DNA of 64,000 nucleotides from Neoconidiobolus thromboides FSU 785 (taxonomy: Eukaryota; Fungi; Entomophthoromycota), in contig MU626310.1 in assembly GCA_025603075.1 (NCBI GenBank), positions 1 to 64,000 on the forward strand, written 5' to 3'. Shown in pieces: positions 25,364-39,117 of the stretch. Positions within the stretch are counted from its first letter, which is position 1; every line of letters begins with the position of its first letter. Position numbers and translations under genes: made by a program. Under the pieces are notes generated by a model that had not been told where the DNA came from, made no database searches, and saw only the letters and a program-made list of their open reading frames with translations.

Positions 25364-26185
25364 ATGGGTGAACTAGAAAAAAAGAAGATAAGTGTAGAAG
25401 AATGGAAGCAATTGATTAACCAAGTGGATGTTTCTAAAAAGTAAGAGTAATTTTTTATCATAAATAAAAATGATATTAAAAGGTTAGTGATCTTAACCGG
25501 TTAATTATGGATTATTTAGTAATCGAAGGATACAGAGATGCAGCTGAATCCTTTTCTCAAGAAGCAAGTATAGCATCAGAACTCGATTTTGGCTCTATTG
25601 ATGAACGCATGAGAATAAGAAACGCTATTCAAGCTGGGAATGTTGACGAAGCTATTGAAAGGACCAACGATATTAATCCAGAGGTAATCTTTTTTTGATT
25701 ATGAGTATAAAAAGTTGATAGATTTGCTAAAAATTATAAAGATATTAGATACCAACCCAGATTTATTTTTTCATTTACAACTACAAAAATTTATTGAGAT
25801 GATCAAAGAACGAAAAGATAAACAAGCCTTAGAATTTTCCCAAAATGAACTAGCAGCACGTGGAGAAGAAAATCAGCATTTATTAAAAAAGTTAGAAAGA
25901 GCTATGACTTTATTATGTTTTAAAACGGAAGATAACCCACATATTGAATTATTAGATTATTCTCAAAGATTAAAGATGGCTTCAGAACTTAATGGAGCTA
26001 TCTTAGCTGCTCAAGCTTTAAATAAAGAACCTAAATTACCTACCCTATTAAAACTTACCTCGTGGGCTCAAAACAGGTTATCTAATGAAATCGTTTTTCC
26101 TATTATTAAAGATCTCACTGGAGCTACCCTTTCTTCCCCTATAAGCGATACCGCTTCTAGCTTAGATGACCATTCTATTGATTAA
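25364..26185 (+). CDS. GID8: GID8/TWA1-like CTLH complex subunit (introns 25441-25487, 25684-25741)
   Basis: LisH (LNRLIMDYLVIEGYRDAAESF), CTLH (RMRIRNAIQAGNVDEAIE) and CRA regions; two GT-AG introns join the ORF pieces in frame. Confidence 0.92.
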
Positions 26186-27121
26186 ATGTTTAGGGTCTTT
26201 TTATGCATGTTTTAGGTTGATTCTATGGGTGGATCTGATTCGAATTAAACATTGTAATTTTAATTTTAATTTTTGTCGGTATTACGAAGGTTTACATTTT
26301 TTGTGGAATAAACTTTATTGATTTATAAAGTGCATTATATTATATATCTGTCGTTTAACAATATAATCACCATCAAATTTTTAATTTATTATTTGTCATA
26401 TGTAGTGAAGCGTCAGTATATACTAAAAACGATTAAGAAGCTTATATTTTAGCTTACTTTTAAGTTTCTTAACAGCTTTAATATCTAATATTTATATTAT
26501 TTAAATTTATGATACTAATAAAATACTTATTAAATATTATAGTGTAAAAGAAAATAAAAAATTAAATTGAATTAAATAATATCTGGAACTTTTTAATATC
26601 TCTTGCTTAATCTATTAAATAGCAGTACTAATATTAGAGTAGATTTTAGTGCATATTAGCATATTCTTTTACTTTGCAAATACTCATCCAGAATCGTTGT
26701 GTGTAAGAAAACGGATAAATATTCTTACATAAAATTTCGACGTAAAGAGCTAGGTTTATATGTAGAAGGTTTCCAGGAATACATGTATGGACGAAATGGT
26801 CTGTTATACTAGAATGATCTACAATTGAACTAAATTAAAAAAGTATCAAAATCTAACTACAATTGAGTTTTTAAATTTCTTGAATAACAGCTTCAAACTT
26901 ATTTTAATTACTTGATTTACCAGTTAAACTATTATTTATTCAGTAAAAGTATTTTGCTATTATTTTTAGCTACGATTTATATTTATTTCATGTGCTTACA
27001 GCAATATTTATATTTATAAATATTTTGTATAGTGTTAGTATTGTTATACTTGTGAATAAAAGTTATGTTAGGCGAGATAATGTATTAGTCAATAGTGACA
27101 TCTTTTCGAAATAATAGATAT

Positions 27122-27220
27122 GGTAGTGTTTTTTTGGACTTCATTATTTTTTCCATCTTTTAAGCGCTGTTTGAGTGGAAAAATTGTTAGTAAAATTCTT
27201 AAGTACAAAAATACATCTCC
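27122..27220 (+). mobile_element. MITE copy
   Basis: ATAT|GGTAGTGT...ACATCTCC|ATAT. Confidence 0.9.
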
Positions 27221-27976
27221 ATATGGTATCAATATCAATTACTATTATTTAAAGTTGGGAATTCACTATTTTTGCACAATATGCTTTTAAAAGTATCTAC
27301 TTGTTTTCGCATGTTTGACATATTGATTAAATTGGTATATGTTCATTTTGCTCATTTGGACCTTTAATTTTATTTAACTTTTAAAGTTTTAACTTAGCAT
27401 TTATTTAGATGCTTGTTGATTTTTATCTGATATTATTTAAAACTATTTAATAGTTTCATATAATAGTTTATTTATAAATTGCAATTCATCTTAATATATA
27501 AAAGGTATATTAAATAAACCATCAATTTTATAAAAGTTTTTGACAATTCTTTTAAAATTCCATTACTTATTTAAAATTGAAGATTTATTGTATAATCATA
27601 CTTCAAATCACGGAATTTTAAAATAAAATGATTAGGTTTATTATTTAAAATTAAAAAGGACTCAAATCCCACTTTCTAATGTTTCAAAAGAAGGTTAATA
27701 TTTTAATTAGCAATCAGTTAATTACACAGGGACAAATATTGTTTTATATTATAAACATTAAAATATTTTATTTTTTATAAATAGTTTCTTGTTTAAAGCC
27801 TTTGTAATAAAAATAAGCTAACTGAACAAGTAAGAAAGAATGGTGCTTACAAAAAAGGAAATGATCGTTTTGAATAAATTTACAGCTGACTTATTAAGCC
27901 GCATCATGATCAACGATTCAATAGATAAAATGAAAACTATAAAAAGAACATGTTAGAACTTAATAAACAATATAGG

Positions 27977-29725
27977 ATGAAGCTTAACATAATCTTATTA
28001 AACCTAATTGCTTTAATATCAGGAGAACAACGTAATTTTATTATTTATATCGCTTTAGTTTTAACTACTAACAAAAATTAAGTGTTCTTAGATCCAATAC
28101 CATATCATAGTATACCAGTCAATGGGACAAAAGGTGGTGTTAGTGCTGATTCAGCTGAATGCTCAAAGTTAGGTCTTGAAATTCTGAAAGTTGGCGGTAA
28201 TGCAATTGATAGTTCAATCACCACCACTTTATGTCAAGGATTAATTTATCCATTTGCTAGTGGGATTGGTGGAGGTGGTTTCATGCTGGTAAAGTTAGCT
28301 AATGATAGTAGTTATTTTATTAACTTTAGAGAAATGGCACCAAAATTATCTAATAGTACCATGTTTAAAAAGGCAAATGATTCCTTGTTAGGTGGTTTAG
28401 CTGTTGGTATTCCAGGTGAAATTAAAGGATTGGAAGTAGCACATCAATTATTTGGTAAACTTAGTTGGAAAAGGGTGCTTGAACCAGTCATTAATTTAGC
28501 TAGATATGGCTATAAAGTTACTAAGCAGCTAGAATTAAGATTAAAAAGAAACGAAGGTTATATCCGTACTATGGCTGGATTAAATTCAACCTATGTCAAC
28601 AAAGATAACAGTTTGGCAGCTGAAGGCCAAGTACTTAAACGTAAAAGCCTTGCAAATACTCTAGAACAAATATCTATCCATGGTTCTAAAGCTTTTTACC
28701 AAGGTCCAATTGCTGAAGCTATGGTCAAAAGTGTACAAAGTAATGGTGGTATTTTACAGCTTGAAGATCTTGATAAATATAAAGTTGAAGTGGTACCCGC
28801 ATTAAAAGCTAAATTCTTAAATCATGATATTCATTTCTTACCACCACCAGCTTCAGGTATCGTAGCTTACCATGCTTTAAAGATATTGGAGAATTTGAAT
28901 AAACCTGAGTTGGATATTGATGTAGTATTGAAAATGGTAGAGGCATTTAAATTCGCTTACGTAGGTAGATTAAATTTAGGTGATCCCAACTTCAATAATT
29001 TAGGTGAAGCTATTAAAAACATACTAAATGAGAATGGCATTAAAAGAGAATATGAAAGGATAGAAAAATTAGATATTACTCAAGAGCCAAAGTTTTATGT
29101 TGATTTTAAAGAGCAAGGATTTAAAGAAGATCATGGTACTTCGCATGTAAGTATCATTGATAAAGATAGAATGTCAGTATCAGTTACTAGTACTATCAAT
29201 ACCGATTTTGGATCAAAATTATTAGATTTGGAAACTGGAATTTTATTTAATAACGAGATGGATGACTTCTCTAATCCTAGTTTCTCCAATTTTTTCGGAT
29301 TCCCACCTTCTAAAGAAAATTTTGTTGAGCCCTATAAGCGTCCTCAATCTTCAATGACTCCTATTATATTAAGTAATTCAGATAAGTTATTATCTATAGG
29401 TGCTTCTGGAGGTTCAAGAATTATTACTTCTGTTGTACAATCTGTTTTCTTTCATACCGCTTTAAAGTTAAAATTAAATGCAGCCATTGATACTCCAAGA
29501 TTTCATCATCAATTATTGCCAAACTCATTAAGAGTAGAAAACAACTCTTTATCTGATGCAGCCTTTGCTAAATTAAAAGTTTTCAACCATACCGTAATTA
29601 TAACTGAAAGATCTGAGTCAGTTGTTAACGCTGTTGAAGTAAGCTTCAAGAAGGAGAAATGTAAGGGTACTTTAGTTACTGCAGTCACCGATAAAAGAAA
29701 GGATGGTATTGCTGCTGCTTATTAA
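27977..29725 (+). CDS. GGT: Gamma-glutamyl transpeptidase with N-terminal signal peptide (intron 28032-28082)
   Basis: GGNAIDS, SGIGGGGF, INFREMAP, nucleophile site HGTSHVS, NNEMDDFS, SSMTP, GASGGSRI. Exon 1 encodes MKLNIILLNLIALISGEQ. Confidence 0.95.
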
Positions 29726-30182
29726 ATAATTAGTTGTTATAATAAATTTTTTAAAACCAAGTATTTGGTCATGGTTAAGTTCTAACTATCTACTTTCACT
29801 ATAATTGTTTAGCACATTATTTAAAGTATTTTCTATATGTCTATATACTTGATGTTATTTATTTTAAAAATTTAAGCTCGCTTTATTGTAAGACTGCTTA
29901 TGTTACTAGGTTTATAAAAAAATCTAAGCCTCTTTAAATCAGAGCCACAAACATTTTTGAGATAGAAGCTTTAAGAGTATATCATATTTATTGTACTAAT
30001 CAACTATTGTTGAAATAACAGACCACTACACCAAATTTACAAGTTTTATAAAATGCAATAGATTGAAAAATAAAAGTCAGTTTTTAAAAAAACACTTTTT
30101 TGAAGCATCATCATACAAAACTTTTACAACAATTTTGACTTTTTAGGCTTAAAAAATGATAAAGCTAAAAAAATAACTATGT

Positions 30183-30279
30183 GAGGATGTATTTTTGTGT
30201 TAAGAATTTTACCAACAAATTTTCCACTCAAATAGCGCTTAAAAAATGGAAAAATGATGAAACCAAAAAAAACAGCCCC
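30183..30279 (-). mobile_element. MITE copy (GGGGCTG-type terminus)
   Basis: ATGT|GAGGATGT...AACAGCCCC|ATAT. Confidence 0.9.
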
Positions 30280-30545
30280 ATATATTGTTTCTAACCAGAG
30301 TTTGATTTAATAAAATTGTATTGCTGGCACCAATAATTGCCTTTTAATAATTTATGATATGTCATTGACTACTATTCCTGTACCTAACAAATAATTAAGT
30401 TTTGATGTATATATAGCAATAGTTAAGTTTGATCGCGTTTGAGTATTTTGATATAAAAAATGAACTTTTTTAATCAACATGTTAGCAGAAAAGCTCTTTA
30501 GTCTGTTTTTTTAAGCTTTTTAAGCTTGATTTTGATGATAAAGGA

Positions 30546-31900
30546 CTATTGACTATTTTTTTCAAGAACACGATGTAACAATTGGCTCAATATACTATTT
30601 TTATACTTCGTTTTATCATAATAGTAGATTGAGTTAGTGAACTGATTAATGTAAAATGGTACAAACCTTTTATTACAGTATAGCTTAATTATAGTGAAAT
30701 CCATAATAATGAAATAAAGTATAAAAACTTGAATAGCCTCATAGTTCTTCAATTTTGGTAAATGAATATAACAAACACAGTATTTAAAATTGGGTGCTAG
30801 TAACAATGTAACCTCACTAAGTTTACTTAGCTTATACTCCTCGTCGTCGTTATAATTAAATACATTATCGATTGATATTTGTACAGATAGGTTTAAATAC
30901 TCATTAATAAAAATGTTAGTTTTTAATTCAGGCAGCAGGCATGGCAAAGAAATAGTATCAAAATAAGAACAACAAATAGTTAATTGTTATAGCTTTTTAA
31001 ATAATTTTTATAAAAAGCGAATAAATGTATAGCTTATATTAAATCCTTCTATTGTTATTTTAATCAAAATTTTCCTTCTATTAGGGTAAATCTCATTTAT
31101 TAATAAGTAGTCTAGTATTATCGTCATATTTAAGTATAAGAAGAGGCAAGTCAAATTTAGTAAATTGAATATTGAATAAAGCAATTAGGAGGAATAAGAA
31201 TAAGAGTGGCTAATTGAAACACTATTTAGTTTTATACCTTATTCTTGTTTTATTAAGTTCTAAATAATCCAAATTTGATATTTCTATAAACTCCATTATT
31301 CATTTAATTCAATATCAACCCTTGTAAATTGGCCCTATTATCAAGCTTGATTTTTAATGAATTGATTTTATACAAACGTTTCCATCAATATTTAGTTACC
31401 TTAAATGATCAAATTGGATATTTTTAATATATGAAACATCACTATATTTAGCCTTATTGATCGTTGGCTTTAGTTGAATAATATCCTTTATCTTATTCAA
31501 GGATAATATTATATAAAAGAAGGGACTCGTTATCTGAGCATAACTCCAAATATCCTACATTGTTGGAAACAAATGGGAAAAATAAACCAAAAAACTTCTT
31601 ACATGATTTTGTTATGTTCAAATACTTCGTATTGCCTAATCTACCATAAAATAATTATATATCTATGTTAGATGGTGTCCCCCTTTTCATTTTAGATGTG
31701 GAACCTTTTCTTATATTTTTAAGCTCGTGTTTATCAAAAACAAGTCCAATTAGTTCTAAATGAGATAATTGATTAGAGTGCCTAGTATGTACTATAGCGC
31801 TAACAATAATTTTAATTAAATTAAGGTAGTTGTTTATATTAAAACTAAGATTACGAAAACTGTATACAATCATATGTTTCATATATTTATTATATTTCAA
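30546..31900 (-). pseudogene. Degenerate coding-like relic (possibly lineage-specific F-box/LRR-type gene)
   Basis: Stop-interrupted protein-like frames (ORF 30546..30947; IKNIQFDHLR*LNIDGNVCIKSI near 31.4 kb); no firm family call. Confidence 0.2.
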
Positions 31901-32613
31901 TTATTTCCTACTATATCAATTGTATATGTACTCGTCATGTTTTTTTGTATCAACAATTATTGATAAAAATCATTAATACTATTTGTTGCGTGCTAACAAT
32001 ATATTATACTTATTCTGATCTCGTATATAGTTGACTATCTGTATTAAATTGGAGTATAATAAATTTTGTAATTCCATTATTAATATTAAAAAAGATTAAA
32101 ATAAATCTTGTTTTTTTAAATTACATGTCTAATGTAGTTTTCAATTAACCCATTGGTCTCAAATGTGGAACCCTAAAATAAAGGAATGATGAATAAGAAA
32201 GCTGGCCATCTTCTCAAGCCACTGCTATCATAGATTACAAAAATTATTAATAACTTAGGCACATGTCCAACTTACTCATTGTATATTACTCTCTTATACT
32301 TGTATTAAATTTTAAAAGCTTAATATTCAAGGAAACTAGCTATATAGCTTTAAGCCACCTATTAAACATATCTGTTCTACAGTTGCTACTCTATCTATTT
32401 ATTCAAAATTTAGGGCTAAAAAGCGAAAGTAATTTAAAAAATATTCCCACATAATTTATTAGCTATACAACTAAAATTTGACCGAGTGATTTAAACATGA
32501 CCAAAAAATAAAATTAATCAAATACATTTATTTATATAGAAAAGTATAGGTAATAGAAAGTGTATGAAAATTATAAGCTAAAAAGAAATTACGGAGATAT
32601 TAAACTATTTTTT

Positions 32614-33367
32614 TTACAAGATAACACACTCTTTTTTATCTTCTTCAGTTGGGTTCATTGACTTCTCAATTTCGTTGATCATCATATCAAAAGCACGACC
32701 TGATTAAAAAATATTAAAAATTTACTAGTTTCATATAAAAAAGCATTACTTATATTATCGTTGTTTTTAGCACTAGTTTCTAAATGTTGACAATTCCAGC
32801 TTAAAGAAAGTTCTTTGCCCTCATCTAGTGAAACTTGTCTATTTAAGTTGTTATCGTTAATTTATACTTGAAACTGAATAAAATTACCTTTGTGCTTGTA
32901 AGTCTTTTTTATTACCAACTAAGATTAATGGTACCCACTCGGTACCAGTAAAGTTAAGTATCTTATCTCTTATAATTTTTACAAGCTCAAAACTCGACTT
33001 GGAAGTTACTGAATAAACAAGGACATATCCATGGATCCCTATTGCGTGTTGAGAAGGCAAAATGGAATATTCATCCTAAAAATTAATCTAGATTATAAAT
33101 AACTAAAATATTTTTACTTGTCCAGCAGTATCAATAATTTCGACAGTGAAGTCCTGACCTTTATATTTAATATCTTTTGTGAAAGTGTTTTCAATCGTTG
33201 GGTAATAAGAATCTACAAAATGGTTTTCGACAAACTGAATGGTCAGTGAACTTTTTCCTAATATATTGTCATTTATTCAAGATTATTTGACATGAATTAA
33301 TTTTACCGACAGCCCTTGATCCTAATACTGCTATACGTCTTACTTTTGAATTACTAGCTGATGCCAT
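32614..33367 (-). CDS. RHB1: Rheb small GTPase (4 introns)
   Basis: Spliced product MASASNSKVRRIAVLGSRAVGKSSL...YYPTIENTF...DTAGQDEYS...GNKKDL...ETSAK...KKECVIL*; has the Rheb-specific Arg in the P-loop. Confidence 0.95.
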
Positions 33368-34232
33368 TATAGGTTTTAAAAAATAGAAAAGCTCCTGTTC
33401 AATTTTTCAAATGTTATTCATTTAAGCGTTTTATGCACTTGGTTTGCAAAAGTGAAGAACTAAATTTTGACGTTTATGCTTATTTTAAACCACTAAATTA
33501 ATATGAACAAAGAGATTCTTAGTTTGAAACAAATGCCAAATCTTTATAATGTGAATTTTTTTTAAGTGTCGATAGCGGTAAAGGTTATCTTTTATCAGGT
33601 TTTATGCTGAGTAGCTTAAATATGTTTATTGTAGCTGTAATTAGTGACTATTTTATAGGATATAAGGATATAAAATAAAAATATTCGCATTGAAATTATA
33701 CAAATATTAATAATGATTTTCCAACTACTAAATAAATTTTAAAATGTGAAAGGTAGCTAAAATATGGGAGAATCTCTTTTGTTCAAATATTTTTTAATAT
33801 TTTCAAGTTTGGTTGAATAAAAAATGGACCAAACATAAGGGAAAAAGGACACTCATGTATTTGTCGGCTTGATCAATAAACGTTTAATAATCAACTTTCA
33901 GATAGAACATTGTCTTATCCGATCGTATTGATATCATCCACTAAATTGGCAATAAAGTTAGTATTAACATATACAAGAGATTATACCACTACAAATAACT
34001 ATCAAGGGATGAGAAGGACCTAAGTTTCATTAGTTTTTCTATTCTTTATTCAGGAGAAGTTTAAAAAATATTGAATAAATACTGAAATAAAACAGATACA
34101 CTATCTTAATAAAAGAATTTAATGGTTGTACTCTGTCACTCTTTATATCACATTATCAGATCTATTCAGTGTTGCTTTACTTAGATGATAAAGTAGCGTT
34201 AATTTTTTTATCGTTTTTAATCTTTTTAGTAT

Positions 34233-34326
34233 GGAAATTATTTTTGTTTAAGAATTTTACTAATAATTATTCTACTGAAATATTGTTTAAAAATGGTAAA
34301 AGTGATGAAACAAAAGAAAATACCCT
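34233..34326 (-). mobile_element. Degenerate MITE copy
   Basis: Internal TTTAAGAATTTTACTAATAATT...AAAAATGGTAAAAGTGATGAAAC matches the family; termini decayed. Confidence 0.7.
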
Positions 34327-34478
34327 TTATGTATTAGATTAAAGCTAAAATTACATCTACTTCCCAAGTCTATAAAGCCCATCCATTATTATATTTGATT
34401 AATAAATAACTTAATATATTTATATTTGTGACTTGTAGCAAAATGTAAAATAAACTTTTGTTGGATAAAATAATATAT

Positions 34479-34573
34479 GAGGATGATTTTGTGTTTAAGA
34501 ATTTTACCAACAAATTTCCACTCAAATAGCGCTTAAAAAATGGAAAAATAATAAAACCAAAAAAAACAGCCCC
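34479..34573 (-). mobile_element. MITE copy (GGGGCTG-type terminus)
   Basis: ATAT|GAGGATGA...AACAGCCCC|ATAT. Confidence 0.9.
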
Positions 34574-35546
34574 ATATTTAAAACCTGAATTTTTATTTTT
34601 AAAACTGTTTTTTACAGCTATTTTGATATGTAAGTTACAATAAACTATATTGGATTATGTCAGCTCGATACAGCATGTGCTATATAACTGAAGCATTCTT
34701 GTTGTCTACAGAGGACTTGGTATCCTTTTAAACTATAATAATTTTCAAGAACCCAGTATCATAACTCATATCAACTTACAATCAATTCAATAGAAAAGTT
34801 GTATTTCTTTATTACCTTGAATTATTTATAAATAACGTTAGATAATTACGATTTATTATTCAGTTATCAGCTACATTAGTATGATTATATTTATACCATA
34901 AAGTACAGCTTTTTTCATATTGAGCATAGAGGAATTATCTACTATAATCTACTATTATTTCCAGCCTTATTTGTAAACGCATGTTAATAATTATATAAGT
35001 TAACTATGTAAAGATTGTCTTAATAAATCAAAACTAAAACCTTCATATCAAACATAATCATATTGTTTACAAAACAAGTTTTTTTCCGTTAAGAATTGCA
35101 CTTGGATCACAAACAGCACTCCAAATCAAAGGTTTTATAAGCCACTAAACTTGATGGTACATTAATTTTGTAGGATATGAAGTTAGAAAAATGTTCAGTT
35201 CCTAATAAATTTTTCATATCCTTTAGGCCTTTGTGCCCTCCCAAAGTTCCTACAGTGATTAGAGTAATAATAACGAATATAAAATTTTTAACTTTGATTT
35301 GTTGACAACTATGTGATAAATAATTTATCGGACTATTGATACGTACTTAAAAACAGGTCTGAATAATGATAAACTAAGTAATCAATCCTTCTATTCGCAT
35401 TTGATCTTGAACAAAAAATTCTTGATTTTATTGCTTTACGATTATTTATACAAATTAAAAAGCTATTGTTAAAATACTGAAGCGAAAAAAAGAATTTTCA
35501 CATATTAGGAGTAGATTTGGTAGAATGTTTAGTTCTAGTTTAGTTC

Positions 35547-37283
35547 TTAAATAGAACTTTTTTTATCTTTATTCATTATAATGTTCCACTGAGAGATGAG
35601 ATCATCATGGTTAATGTATGCTCCACAAAGCTTTCTTTTGTTGGCGGTGAAAGCATTTCTACCATGTAATACTCGATAGTTGTCGATAATTATTGTGGTT
35701 CCTTTTTCAAGTGGAAAGTAAACTCTATTGTCTAAATTTTGGTGTTGTGACTTTATAAACTTATTTAAAGCTAAGTACCATTGTCGCATTTTGATTGAGT
35801 CCATATTATGTTTTGGTACTGATCTAGAATCATAATTATATCTTAATCTTAATAATGGGCTTTCTATATCGCCAGCTACCTCATGCTCAAATATTGTGTG
35901 ATTTTTAGTCGTCAAATACTGTCCTTCATCTCCAGCTGAATGGAAAGGAACAGGCTGTTGAGCTAAAAGTTTATACTCTTCAGGATACTCTTCCTTGAAG
36001 TTATTAGCCATTAAAAACCCATCCATATAAATTTGTTCCCCACCTTCCCCATCAAAACTTAATAAATGAAATATCTGTAAACTTTTAAAATATTAGTACG
36101 AATCATATCATTAGCATAAAGCATGTACCCAGCAGGATCTGTAAAATAAGTAGTATCAGTATGTGGCTCCAGCTTGAAATTTTGATATGCAGCATCGTTA
36201 TGCATTAAGTTGGCTTCAAATTCCCAGAAAGTACCTAATGAAATGTTTAGTTTAGTTTATTTCTGTTTCATTTAAAAATGTTACCATAGTGAGTGTTTCG
36301 TATTGGTCCTATTTTTTTACATAGAAGTTCAGTAGCCTAACATCAATTAATATTTAAAAAACCAAATATATATTTTTTACTTCACTATTTACAGGTGTTT
36401 CTTCTACAAAGGCTAAACCATAATCTCTCTATTAAAGTTGAATTGAATACAATAGTAAATTATTTAAAAGTAACATACTAAATTCATAACTAAACGTTTC
36501 ATTCCATCGCTTTCCATCACCTAACAAATATGTAAGCTTTTAGTCTTAAACACTAATTGTTTTTTACGTTTTTATATTTTATTCTTGGTAAATTTTCTAA
36601 TTTTCTCCCAAGTATCGAAGCGTTCCATAACTTTTTATTACTGTACTAAATGTTAAGTTGTATTCAAAAACAAATAGAAACTTTTACTTATTATAATTCA
36701 AGTTTGGGTCAGGATAACGATTACTTGTTAACCATTTTAAACTATATTGGCTATTATGATTTTCTTTATCCCCTAATAAAATTGTAAATAAGATCAATAT
36801 TAAAACTAATAATTTACATTGAATGTGAATTTGGTCATCTTTCATAGTCATTTCTTTTACTGCTAATTCGGGGTCTAACTTTTTATGTTATTAGCATTAT
36901 TTTAAAAGTAATATCCAATTTACATCTATATGATGGTAAATTCTTTGTAGGGTTACGCCATCCCAACATTTTGGGCATTTGCAATTATCTCTCAGCCACA
37001 TCAAGTCACTATATAAAAATAAGTTTAAAAAGCAAATATAAATATAATGATCTTACAAGTCCATGGTGTTTCCTTCATTCTCAACTTCTAAAACTCCTAT
37101 ATCCTGATCAAGGTACTTTCTATTGGTTATCTTAGCTGAAGCTTCATTTTCACTATATTTTTGACTATCATTGAAATTGGATAGAGCTGGTTGGATGTTT
37201 AGAAAACTATTAGTGCTATGGAGCCCTCTTTTTAAAAAACTATTTCTAAGATGGGAATGAATTAACTTTCTAAAGTATGTCAT
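35547..37283 (-). CDS. TMLHE: Trimethyllysine dioxygenase (carnitine biosynthesis, TauD/BBOX family; 9 introns)
   Basis: Mitochondrial-type leader; WLRDNCKCPKC Zn motif; LEPHTDTTYFTDPAGLQ (HxD); IIDNYRVLHGR. Confidence 0.9.
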
Positions 37284-37701
37284 TTTGTATTAAAAATTAA
37301 ACAGGATTATACTTTCATTTTTGTAATTTAAACTGATTTCGATAATTAAGCCCTTAGACCAAGCCTTTATTTGGCAATTCTACATCACTCGCTTTAATTT
37401 AAAAATTGAAATTGAAGTTTAGACAAATGTTATCAGATTTTAAAAGTGATAATACAATTGTTATATTTAATTTGCGACTTTATCCTCTAATTTAATAAAT
37501 ACCACTTTGTTTATAAATACTGTTGTCCTTGTATCATACTTTTTGATTCAAAATTCCTATAGTTAAAAAGCGAAGGATGCAAACAAAGGGAATAATATCA
37601 TTGCTTTATTAGAACATTCTAAGGAAAACAAACAATAAACAAAAATCTTTCTATGCAGAAATACCGTAGAAATATAGAACCATAACCATACCTATTTTAA
37701 T

Positions 37702-39117
37702 TTAAAGTGTTTCGTCAAATTCAGCCTCATCATCTTCTAAGGTAAAAGTTGGATTTTTAATAATAAATTCTGTACTATTGTAAGTTGGCTCAGGGATAGT
37801 CAAAGGCACTTTTTTTACAATACGATAGTGCTTAAGCTTTTTATATGAAAAGTATATGATAACAATAAGTAAAACAAAACCTATAAATCCACCAATTGAA
37901 CCGCCAATAATAGCAGGTATTTGACTTTTTGGCTTTAAATCTTCTATTTCTTTTGCTGAAGGCAACCGGTGTACTAGAGTGTAATTATTTAAGCTGATTA
38001 TTTGCATTTTGGAGTAAACTTCTAAACGATATCCAAAACAATATAATAAGTAACCATTATAATAATCTAAATAGCTGAAAACAGAACTGATCAATCCAGA
38101 TATATAGTGCTTTTCCCAAACAAGATTGTCTAAATTCAGAACATATAATGAGCTGTCCGCAAATTCTTTAAAATTTTCATCACTGGTGCCACCTATTATA
38201 TAAACAAGATTTTTGACTTTTTTCAAGCCATAAATAGTACGTGCTTCTGGAAATTCTCCCAACGTAGTTTGGTTGTGCCATTTCTTATCTTTGATATTAA
38301 AACTTATGATGGTATTAAAATTGACAGTTTTATAATAAAGTTTATTTTGACTTTCAAATGTTATTAAATTTCCATTATGTATAAATGATCTAAGGGAGTC
38401 AATTGAATGTTCGCTCGTTTTCTCAATAGACCTCCATTCGTTATTTTTAGTATTATAAATTATTAAGCCAGGATACACCTCAAGTTTATCTTCATCCAAT
38501 TCATCTCCATTCAATTCATCTTCGTCCAGTTTATTAATAGTATAAGCTCCACCAGATATAACTAGCTCATCCGGATTTAAATCATTTTGGTTTAAGCTTG
38601 AAGTAACAGGTCCATATTTTAGTGATAAACTAGTTAAATTACCAAAATTTAAGTGCTTGATAAATTGACTCCCAGTTTGATCTACTTTCCAAGTTTTTGT
38701 TTTGGTATTAAATATTTTTACACTTTCTTCAATTGGTGTAAATGCTCCTCCCATAATTAAAAGTTCCTCTGAGCTATCGTTCAATCTAATAGTGCTATAA
38801 TGAAATAATGTATTTAAAGGATGATCTCCAAGTGAATCAAATTTCCAATTTGCTCCTTGTTCATTATTGAAATCTATACCGCCTTTTAGATCCAAATAAT
38901 AAACTCCAGTGTTAAAACTTCTTTCAACAATCTCCTCATTTTCGCTTTTAGGATCACTATTTGAATCAGAAAATCCGCCAAATACATAAATCGTATCATT
39001 GATTATTCCCCCGTTGGCTCCAGCTAATCCTGGCGTATTTGAACAATCCGATATCTTTAGTAACAATAGTAGCAATAGTGCCAGTTGCATAAATTTGAAT
39101 AAAGAATTTTGTATCAT
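37702..39117 (-). CDS. Kelch/galactose-oxidase-type beta-propeller type I membrane protein, paralogue 1 (471 aa)
   Basis: Signal peptide; GG-containing Kelch-like blades (IYVFGGF, LLIMGGA, VYIIGGT); TM IIGGSIGGFIGFVLLIVIIYF; basic stop-transfer and short acidic tail. Confidence 0.85.
   Translation of the reverse strand: MIQNSLFKFMQLALLLLLLLKISDCSNTPGLAGANGGIINDTIYVFGGFSDSNSDPKSENEEIVERSFNTGVYYLDLKGGIDFNNEQGANWKFDSLGDHPLNTLFHYSTIRLNDSSEELLIMGGAFTPIEESVKIFNTKTKTWKVDQTGSQFIKHLNFGNLTSLSLKYGPVTSSLNQNDLNPDELVISGGAYTINKLDEDELNGDELDEDKLEVYPGLIIYNTKNNEWRSIEKTSEHSIDSLRSFIHNGNLITFESQNKLYYKTVNFNTIISFNIKDKKWHNQTTLGEFPEARTIYGLKKVKNLVYIIGGTSDENFKEFADSSLYVLNLDNLVWEKHYISGLISSVFSYLDYYNGYLLYCFGYRLEVYSKMQIISLNNYTLVHRLPSAKEIEDLKPKSQIPAIIGGSIGGFIGFVLLIVIIYFSYKKLKHYRIVKKVPLTIPEPTYNSTEFIIKNPTFTLEDDEAEFDETL

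Noticed and set aside
27840-27956. 38-codon ATG ORF just upstream of GGT (possible uORF)
   Set aside because: This length is unremarkable by chance even in AT-rich DNA, and there is no evidence it lies in the transcript.
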